Origin: Octopus bimaculoides
Taxonomy: Eukaryota
Reading direction: 5' to 3'
DNA length: 64,000 bases
Assembly: GCF_001194135.2 (NCBI RefSeq)
Contig: NC_068983.1
Coordinates: 144,464,719 to 144,528,718, forward strand
Part shown: positions 54,715-64,000 of the stretch, piece after piece
Layout: each line of letters begins with the position of its first letter
Numbering within the stretch: position 1 is the first letter of the stretch
The notes under the pieces: model-generated
Seen by the model: only the letters and a program-made list of their open reading frames with translations
Told to the model about the DNA's origin: nothing
Database searches by the model: none
Translations under genes and position numbers: made by a program

Positions 54715-55260
54715 AAAGTGAAGGAAGATGTAGTGAGGGAGAAGCAGCCAGATCTAAGATTAGCTAGTGTATTGATGAATAAAATGTTAGGAAAAATGCC
54801 GAATTGGAAGAGCCCAGGACCAGATTTAGCTCAAGGGTACTGACTAAAGAAATTCACTAGTTTACATGGGAGCTGAGGGAACAATTTCAGGATTGCTTTA
54901 ATGGAGGGATAATACAAGATTGGATGACTAGTGGGAGGATAATGTTCATTATGAAGGATAATAGCAAGTGTAATACGGCAAGCAACTATAGACCAATCAC
55001 TTGCTTACCATTAGCGAGGGAGATGTTTACGGGAATGCTTTCAGAAATTATTTACGAGCACCTTGACAACCAGAAATTACTGCCAGAAGAACAGAAAGGT
55101 TGCAGGAAGAAGGCTAGAGGAATGTATGATCTATCATATATAGATAAAGCTGTTCTAAATGGAGTAAAAGCTAGAAAGAAAAATCTAACAATAGCATAGA
55201 TAGATTATAGGAAAAGCCTATGACATGATTCCACACTCATGGATAAGAGAATTAATTAGC
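54715..55260 (+). mobile_element. R4/Dong-like LINE RT N-terminal region
   Basis: MPNWKSPGPD, NYRPITCLP, LLPEEQKGCRK, IDY.KAYDMIPHSWI. Confidence 0.9.
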
Positions 55261-55269
55261 ATTAGCATG

Positions 55270-55912
55270 AAGAAATGGAAAGTAGACTCCACCGAATGGC
55301 AGGAGTAGCAAGATTATATTTGCCTAGAAAGGAAAGCAAAAGGGGGTTAATATCAGTAGAAGACCGCGTGGAATTAGTTAGAGTAGATATAGACTTCTTT
55401 GTAGGTAATAATGAAGAAAGTCTATTAAAAGCTGCTAAAGACATAGCAAGACACTGGGAAACCAAAACACCAAACGAAGTTAAAAATCAGGAAAAAAGAA
55501 CAGAAATTATCTGACTGGCAGGAGAAGGCGTTGCATGGTAGATACCCAAACATAGTTTCAGCAAATAATTGTAGTGAGACATGGTTATGGCTACAAAAGT
55601 AAAAGCTGACGAGGGAGACAGAAAGTTTGTTAGTAGCTGCACAAGATCTAGCATTAAGGACTAAATCGATAAAAGCCAAGATAGACAAAAACCAAGTAGA
55701 TTCCCAATGTAGATTATGCAATTCAAAACAGATAAGCGTTACTCATATAGTAAGTGAATGTAGCATGCTGGCACAGAAAGAATACAAGAAAAGACATGAC
55801 AATCTAGAGAGAGCAATCCACTAAAGTACTAGAAAGTAAGAAATACAAGAATTTGTGGCACTTTAACATTCAAACTGACAGAGTAATAGAAGCTGGACAG
55901 TTTGATTTGGTG

Positions 55913-55976
<64 letters not shown>

Positions 55977-56275
55977 ATAAAGAGAATAGAAAGTGCCAGA
56001 TAATTGACTTTACAGTCCCAAATGATGAAAAAATTAATATGTGAACTATAAAAAAATAGCAAATTACTGGGACTTAACTCTTAAATTATAGAGACTATGT
56101 GAAATGTATCCCAGTAAAATGTACTCCAGTAGTTATAGGTGCATTGGGAGATATCCCTAAAGATCTGAATAGATGGATAGAGGAAATAGGTATAAAACCC
56201 AGTTTAGTACAGCTGCAGAAAACTGTTATTAGGGACATCTGGGATACTTAAGAGGGTTTTTGGCATCTAAGGTTA
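55270..56275 (+). mobile_element. R4/Dong-like LINE C-terminal half: zinc knuckle, RLE domain, C-terminus
   Basis: RLYLPRK...GLISVED, ESLLVAAQDLALRT, CRLCNSKQISVTHIVSECSMLAQKEYKKRHD, IQTDRVIEA...DLVV(V)nDKENRKCQIIDFTVPND, PVVIGALG. Confidence 0.9.
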
Positions 56276-59139
56276 CTTGCTGTAACCCAATCGGAGGGTG
56301 ATTGGTATTTAAGGCTACTTGTTGTGGCCCGATGTTAGGATTCTTTTCTTTTGCAACATTGTAATCTGTTGAGTATATATGAATAACAATAAAAATCAGT
56401 AGCATTCATGACGATAAATGATAATCTTATTCAAGTACTGGAAATAATTTTTCCTTTTACATTTCTTATATTTAGTGATATACTTTGTGGAAAATCTAAA
56501 CTGAAATAAAATGATACTGAAATAAAAGGAATATAAACGTGTACTAAACAAATAACATAAGCAAAAGATGAATGAAATCGCGAATTTAGTTTTACAGACG
56601 AATATATTAATAGTAAACAAACAAGACATCGTATCTATAGTAGAAAATTCAAGAGACATTCTCTGGAAACATATTACAAATAAATATTTTAAAAAGCTAA
56701 GCAGAAATAGCAATGTAGAAGTTATAAACTTCCATAATAAAAGTTTTGAAGAATTATAAATTTTCGTTGAGAAAACTGATATAGAAATCTCAAAGAATAT
56801 GAAAGTAGAATAGAAGACATTTATGAATTATTAAAGGTTCTGATGGGTGAAATTATAGACGTTAACAGCAGGAAATGTTGACGCAATATAAATTTTGAAG
56901 CGTAAATAAAGACGTATACAACTACATATCAGTTTAGTTGGTGAAAATGTCAAATAAAGCGAATTGTAACAGTCATACAAATCAGATGAAAAACCCTTGT
57001 TGTTTATATAAAGTGAACGTTTTATAGCTAGCTGTATCTTACTTTTAAAACCGCGCCTATAGAGCTAATAGATAGATCAAATTATAACAGAACAGTTAGT
57101 ATTAAGTGATTGACAGTATTTTTATCATTGTCACTGAGAAGGTCACAGATGTGTGACGAAAGATTTCCGGACAATGGACATAAGTTAGAAAAGGAACAGT
57201 AACAAACAAATGGAGAACAAATATATAGTGTGTGTGTTTATTTGGCAAAATAAATAAATAAATGACTGTCCAGAAATACAACAATAGCTGTTTCAACACA
57301 TGACTTTACATCAGAAATCTTGCAACACAAATTCATAAATCTTTATTATTGATTTTGTTAATGCTTACGTCCAGATCAGCTGTTATCAAAAAGATCTATG
57401 ATCGAAAGCGTTCCAGAGATTATCTCCTCTTCTTTGCTTTTAGTCATACTATATCTAGAACTGTACTATGCAATGTACTATTCATTTTCAAGGAGGTACT
57501 GCATGAATTGTGAAGGAATTGGAAGCATTTGTAAAGATTTCGTTATTGGTTCGACTCAATATATATTGTCAGGGTAATGTGGATACCTACTTCTATATAG
57601 AAACTGAGAGGCGTTAATTGCTGAAAACTGAGATGCTCGTTTATATGTCCAAATACTTCCATTAATTACTTATGCATTTCCAGTTGTGTAAGGTATATAA
57701 CGGCAGTTTACTAAGAGCATTCATGCTTTTGTTGTCAGAATTAACGAAACTTAGATGTCACTAATAATAAATAATCTCGCGCGTGAAATAATATAAATGC
57801 ATTTAGCAGAAGGAAATTTAAGACGATAAAAATATATTGCCAATCCCATCGTTGGAAATCATTACTTTAAAGTGTTATTCCTCCTTAATTAAGGTGCAAT
57901 AAGCTTCATTAAATGTATAGCTCATTATTTAATGAAACAAAGTATTTTTTTTTTCTCTTCAGAGATCTTAAGCAAAATGAACCGGAGAAAGACGTGCAAG
58001 ATATCAAGTAAAAGAAGGGTTTATGTAGTTAGTGCCAAATTTTATTTATTCAGTCGCCAGCACACATATGGGAGTCCCATGAAGAAAATAAATTCCCATT
58101 CACTTTACATGTGATCTTCTCGATCGGTTAACTCATCAACATAACTTTCACTGTGTAGAGAAAACTGCAAAAGCGATTGTAATCGTTTATAGAGGCGTTA
58201 CTTTCTGGTGTAAATTACCTTATCCATTGTATATAATGATTTGCAACGTTGGATTAATATATATATATGTATGTATATANNNNNNNNNNNNNNNNNNNNN
58301 NNNNNNNNNNNNNNNNNNNNNNNNNNNNNNNNNNNNNNNNNNNNNNNNNNNNNNNNNNNNNNNNNNNNNNNNNNNNNNNNNNNNNNNNNNNNNNNNNNNN
58401 NNNNNNNNNNNNNNNNNNNNNNNNNNNNNNNNNNNNNNNNNNNNNNNNNNNNNNNNNNNNNNNNNNNNNNNNNNNNNNNNATATATATATATATATATAT
58501 ATATATACACGAACTTTGTGTAACTAGAGTATGTAAATGTTCTAAATACACGTAATAGAAAACGATATAAACGGTACAGAACCGATAAACCAATTTAGCA
58601 GAAAGTAGTTAGGATTTCGCATTTCCAAACATGCCTACTGGAGCAAAATTTCAACTTCAGCACAAGACATTAATGAATGGACATGAAACATAATAATTGT
58701 AAATACTTTAATAGTTTTGCCTTATTAGGCATTCTATTTTGGTCATTTTAGCTTCCGGCAATGAATTCGTACGGAATTTTATTTATATATATCAATAATA
58801 AACACACACACACATATGCATATTAATAACAACTCATTGAACACATATAGACACACGAACCATAAACACACACAAATATAAATGTATATGTTCATGTGAG
58901 AGTGTGTGTGCGTGTGCATATGTGTGTGTATATGTGCTTGTATAATTGTATCTTAGTTCCTTGTCTATTGTAAATTGCTTGTTATGAAAATCTCTCTTAA
59001 AGATTTATTATGGTAATAATCATATTATCACATATAATATATATTCAATGTAAAATGGATATTCACTCGGGCAAGTAACTATGCTTCTATGTATATATAT
59101 ATATATATATATATCAAAGAGGGAAAATATCGATCATTA

Positions 59140-59235
59140 CGATACAAAAGGCCATAGGAAGAGCCATGCTAGGAAATTCATTGCGTGTACATGTCCAAAA
59201 TGCAGCAATTCGAGAACGAAGCAGAGTGAAAATAT
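59140..59235 (+). mobile_element. RTE LINE 3' remnant
   Basis: QKAIGRAMLGNSLRVHVQNAAIRERSRV resembles RTE QRAMERAMLG.SLRD.IRN..IR.RT.V. Confidence 0.6.
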
Positions 59236-59385
59236 ACTAATATATCTTGTCTGTTGAAAATCCATATTTCGTGCAGCTAAAGATAGCGCTGTATTTAAAT
59301 TGATGTAATGATTACATTGTCCAATTAAATGGAACCTCTTGAAACGGTCGTACTGCATTACTACTTGACATTCTGTCACTTATTT

Positions 59386-59439
<54 letters not shown>

Positions 59440-59983
59440 CCCAAAAATGGAATAAGAACATAACAAACGACAATAAAAACATACGGACAGATAGACGATA
59501 CAAAAACGGAAAGGGAAAAAACAAGGACAGATCATTCATGGCCTTCTATCCATCAGTCAAGATTCCAAATTGTCATTACAGTTTAGGCTTGTTACACTTG
59601 AGACTGTTCAAAATTATCCGGCCCCAAAATCTACGCTAAGAGCATTACATTTTTGGAATAAAGCAAACGAATGTGTACGACAACGCAGACAAAAAAGAAA
59701 CGAGAACGCAGAGAAAATGTTGCACGATTACAAATACAAACAATAAGAGAATAACAAGTGTCGTTCGACTAATAAGGACGAATCAAATTGAGCTGACGTG
59801 TCTGGAGTGAGAGCCTTAAGGTACAAACATAGATTAAAGTCAGGAGACAGGAAAATATGAGGGGCGCTACAAGCGGTGGTTGAGCCACGAAAGAAAAATT
59901 ATGCTTCACCGAACGAACACCTGTCACGTGGAAGGAGAAGAGAGAGGTAGGGGCAGAGAGATTGAAGAATTAGGGAAGGAACT

Positions 59984-59984
<1 letters not shown>

Positions 59985-60046
<62 letters not shown>
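59985..60046. repeat. (GA)n microsatellite
   Basis: Directly visible. Confidence 0.95.
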
Positions 60047-60050
<4 letters not shown>

Positions 60051-60379
60051 TGGACAGAAGGAAAGGTACAGGGGAGATAACAAAGGAAAATAGAGAGATT
60101 AAAGAAAGAGAAAGCCAAAAATGTGAGGGAGGGCGAGCGAGAAAAAGAAAAGAAGAAAGAAAGAAGAATATATGAGGGGGATTAAACGAAGGACCAAAAA
60201 AGTCGTAGAGAATTTAGATGTATGCTCACAAGGTGAGCAAAAAGTGTACGTACGCCGCTGTATGCATATATAAATCTAAAGAATGGAATAAGAACGTAAC
60301 AGACAACAAAAACATACGGAGAAATAGAAAATACAAAGACAGACAGGGAAATATATATAGAATGTATGTATGTAAATAT

Positions 60380-60997
60380 ATAGTAAGGTCTATTTGCCAA
60401 GACAATGTGACATGCCTATGCAGTACGATGTTACTACATTTTAGCACCAGGAAAACATCTTTTCTAGCTGGCTACCGATACATGGTCTATGTCTGTATAC
60501 CGTGAAGGAAGTCTACTGCTTCCTTTCTAGCCTTAGCGATACATGTGGACCAATGGTTTCTGGGTTATTTCTCTTCCTCGGTAAAGGACAATTGTCGGTT
60601 AGAGATGGCAGCCACTCGACTTTGCTCACAGTATATACATTTAAAGCGACACTCAAACGCTGATCTCGTAAAGAGAAAAACAACTAGTTTTAAATCTCTG
60701 AGCGAGAAATATGGAGTAACCGTACCGTGCAGTAAAGTCTATTTGCCAACGCAATGTGGCAATCCTACACAGGATGACGTTACTACTTTTATCCCCACGA
60801 AAAATCTTTTCCAGTTGGCTATGGACACATGGTCTGTGTCTGTATACCGTGAGCAAGGGAGTAAACTGCTCCCTATCTAGCCTTAGCCTTGCTCATGTCC
60901 TGCGCAGGATTGCCACATTGTGCTGGCAAATAGACTTTGCCGTACGGTACTGTTACTATATTTCTCGGTCAGAGATTTTAAACTATTTGTTTTTCTA
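60380..60997. repeat. Direct plus inverted repeat complex (MITE/foldback-like)
   Basis: About 60380-60540 aligns directly with 60730-60890; 60674-60775 pairs in inverted orientation with 60898-60997. Confidence 0.7.
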
Positions 60998-60999
60998 TT

Positions 61000-61045
<46 letters not shown>

Positions 61046-61179
61046 GTATAGATACATATATATATTTACACACACGCACGCACACACACGCGCGCATACA
61101 CACACATGCACATACACATATACATATATAAATACATTTTTCATTTTTTTTATCTTTTACTTATTTCATTAGACTGCGC

Positions 61180-61325
61180 GCATGCTGGAGCATCGATTTG
61201 AAGAATTCTTAGACGAATGATTCAACTTCACGACTTTTACCTCTTTTAATCTTGGTCCTTATTGTATCGATCTCTTTAACCAAACCGATAAATTACGGGG
61301 ACGAAAACACTCCGCCACCAGTTGT
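61180..61325 (-). mobile_element. SINE family C 3' remnant next to (TTA)n
   Basis: gactgcgcgcatgctggagca...cttattgtatcgatctcttt...ttacggggacgaaaaca resembles 49655-49810. Confidence 0.5.
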
Positions 61326-61331
61326 CAAGGA

Positions 61332-61379
<48 letters not shown>

Positions 61380-61833
61380 GTTATTGTTATTATAATTATA
61401 ATTATTATTATTATTATTATATATCGTTGCTGTTACGTTAAACTGCAGTATATCCAAATTTGGCCACATGCGTTTTTTTGCAATATTTAATTGTGCTTGC
61501 AATAGCCGGTACTTTTGGTCAAACTATCGCATCTGTAGCTGATTTACAAGCCAAGATATGAAAATTGTCACGACAGATTTACATAAATATTTCTGACTGA
61601 AAGTATCATGCATGCATGGAGTTACGATTTTATGTACCCAACAAAGTATTATTGCGAAGCTGGAACTGTTGCTAATGTAAAAAGAATTTTTTTCCATGTT
61701 TCTTACATGTTAATATTACCCTTCGAAACGATCGTATGCATGGATTAAAATTCTATAAAAACTTTAACACCTGTCCTCCATCTTTAATTGTTTGCTGAGT
61801 TTCAATAGGATACGTGTTCTCATAACACACCTT

Positions 61834-61882
<49 letters not shown>

Positions 61883-62531
61883 AGTATGGTTAATTTACTA
61901 AATTAATTAAATTAATTGTAATTATCAATTAATTAGAAGGTAAGGGAGAATATTTGAAAATTTAAGTGCTACTACAATACTTAGAAAGAATTAAGAGGAA
62001 ATGTTAAGAGAGAATATAGAAAAACTGACAATATATGAGTTTATGCAGACATGTGCTATAGAAGTATTCAGATAAAAGAAGAGGTAAGTTAAACCCGGAG
62101 GGATAGAGATATACACAACAAAGAATATATGGTAAATTATTAAGCGATGTTTAGAATAACTGAAGATAATGTAGAAGATAATTAATGAATGAAACTTCTT
62201 ATACGTAATTTCTAAATGTTAAAAAGTTAGTTATACTTCCCTATATATATGCATTATTCTGCATATATGTACACACGCACTTATATACACATATGCATAA
62301 ACATATATGCACATACGCACAGACACACACTCATACATACATGCGTATACATAAACATTAATGCACAGACACACATCTACATATATACCGTACATAAATG
62401 AAGAAAACACAAAATGAAATGAAAATTATATTAATCATAAATTAAGTTATTTAATCTATTTAAAAATTTATTGAACAAATAGTTATGAAAATATACCCAT
62501 GCATACACAAACATATATATACATATATACC

Positions 62532-62623
<92 letters not shown>

Positions 62624-63056
62624 TATATACAGACACACATTCCCATACGCACATATATACATACACTTATGCATATATAAATATACAAACATATATACAT
62701 ACACACATATACCTGCATCATATGCTCTTATATACTAAATGATGCACATATATCTTTTACATATAGATACTCTCACATATAATTTCATATGTATATATAC
62801 ACATCGTATGCCCATACACACATATAACCACTAATATATAACCGCTAATATATACACGTAACTACTAATATATAAACACTAATATATACACGTCATATGC
62901 AGATACACAGGCATAAACACTAACAGGTAAATAAATATCCACGAATATAAAAATATATAGACATATGTATAAAAAATTAAAAAATAAAAATATATATATA
63001 AATTTGGATATAAATATACAAACATAAACCATAAGGGTAAAACGACTTATATACAT

Positions 63057-63091
<35 letters not shown>

Positions 63092-63179
63092 NNNNNNNNN
63101 NNNNNNNNNNNNNNNNNNNNNNNNNNNNNNNNNNNNNNNNNNNNNNNNNNNNNNNNNNNNNTATATATACGCATACACA

Positions 63180-63300
63180 TAGCTTTATCCTGCGTTTGAG
63201 AATTTAAAATCACTTCTTTAAATTTCTAAGACATCTCAATGCTTCTAAGGCAAACTTCGTTTGTTTGTTTACGTTCATCGTAATTTGAATTCAACATATA
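63180..63300 (+). repeat. Dispersed copy of the sequence downstream of the tRNA-Thr-like element
   Basis: tttatcctgcg..tgagaatttaaaatcacttctttaa...aagacatct...gcttctaa...tttacgtt..cgtaatttg matches 31170-31320. Confidence 0.6.
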
Positions 63301-64000
63301 TACATATATATTACTACATACACATACATATACATACATATACACAGATGTACTTACATCTGTGTATGTGTGTGTACGTATGTATATGTGTGTGTATGTG
63401 TGCGTATGTGAATGTGTGTACATGTGTATGTGTATATATATGTTTACATATGAAACACCTAATGATTTCACTTCTCTGCTCCCATAATTTAATAATCTGT
63501 CTATTGTTTTTTTATATATCACCATTTATCATATTTTTGCATGGGTATGTTTGCATTAACATTATTGTTATTAATATTAATTTATGACAATAACTATTTT
63601 TATAACTGTATATATTCTTATATTATGTATTAATTTGAATGGTACACTGTATTTTTCCTCTTTGGCTTTTTAATGTTTGCATTATGTTTTCAATACGTTA
63701 TATATAAATGTCTTTGTGCGTTCTTTCCTGGCTTATAATAACTAACCAAACTGATTTAATTAAATTCAATTTGATTGATTTTATATATGAGGAATTGAAA
63801 CATTTGTAGGTCTTATCAATGTAGTAATAAATCTTTATTAATATTATCTCCATCTTTTCTCTTGGTTTTTATACTAATAATCTATATGTGTGTGCCTATA
63901 TTATAAGGTATTCAACCAGTCTAATCTTGGATATTTTTCTCCCTTTGCGGTTTATATATCCTCACCTGTACTTTAATATATATATATATATATATATATA

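Noticed and set aside
56400-56900. Purine-rich, coding-like stretch (63-aa ORF)
   Set aside because: Multiple stops and no identifiable family; probably decayed TE sequence.
57488-57570. CMNCEGIG resembling a DnaJ CxxCxGxG zinc finger
   Set aside because: Single short match in sequence that looks like decayed repeat; the frame closes quickly.
59535-59580. Minus-strand CTGATGG...GAA hammerhead-like remnant
   Set aside because: Core and stems are too degenerate to fold as a hammerhead.

Overview
Very AT-rich eukaryotic DNA, dense in microsatellites, with about 18 N-gaps that mostly abut simple repeats. The SINE/LINE content resembles octopod cephalopod genomes (inference from repeat appearance, not verified). 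There is no complete protein-coding gene, and nearly all supplied ORFs are microsatellite or gap artefacts. Recognisable content: many decayed R4/Dong-type RLE non-LTR retrotransposon fragments (a tandem pair in TAA repeats at 10.7-13.0 kb, a scrambled cluster at 52.8-56.3 kb, a 3' piece at 43.1-43.4 kb); CR1/L2-like and RTE LINE fragments; a mariner transposase remnant; a piggyBac C-terminal Cys-rich domain remnant; several tRNA-derived SINE families; and several MITE/foldback elements, including an apparently young Merlin-type MITE with perfect 80-bp TIRs and an 8-bp TSD. The most interesting signals are two families of minimal type-I hammerhead-ribozyme motifs with non-canonical cores, of the kind known from Penelope-like elements. 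One is a perfect inverted pair at 17.6 kb; the other has dispersed copies at 31.4, 34.2 and 47.8 kb. Also notable are a consensus recursive-splice-site-like motif at 42.8 kb, two adjacent long foldbacks at 30.4-31.2 kb (one carrying a tRNA-Thr-like sequence), and a weak two-exon candidate at 5.6-6.1 kb resembling the C-terminal lobe of 2'-5' oligoadenylate synthetases.
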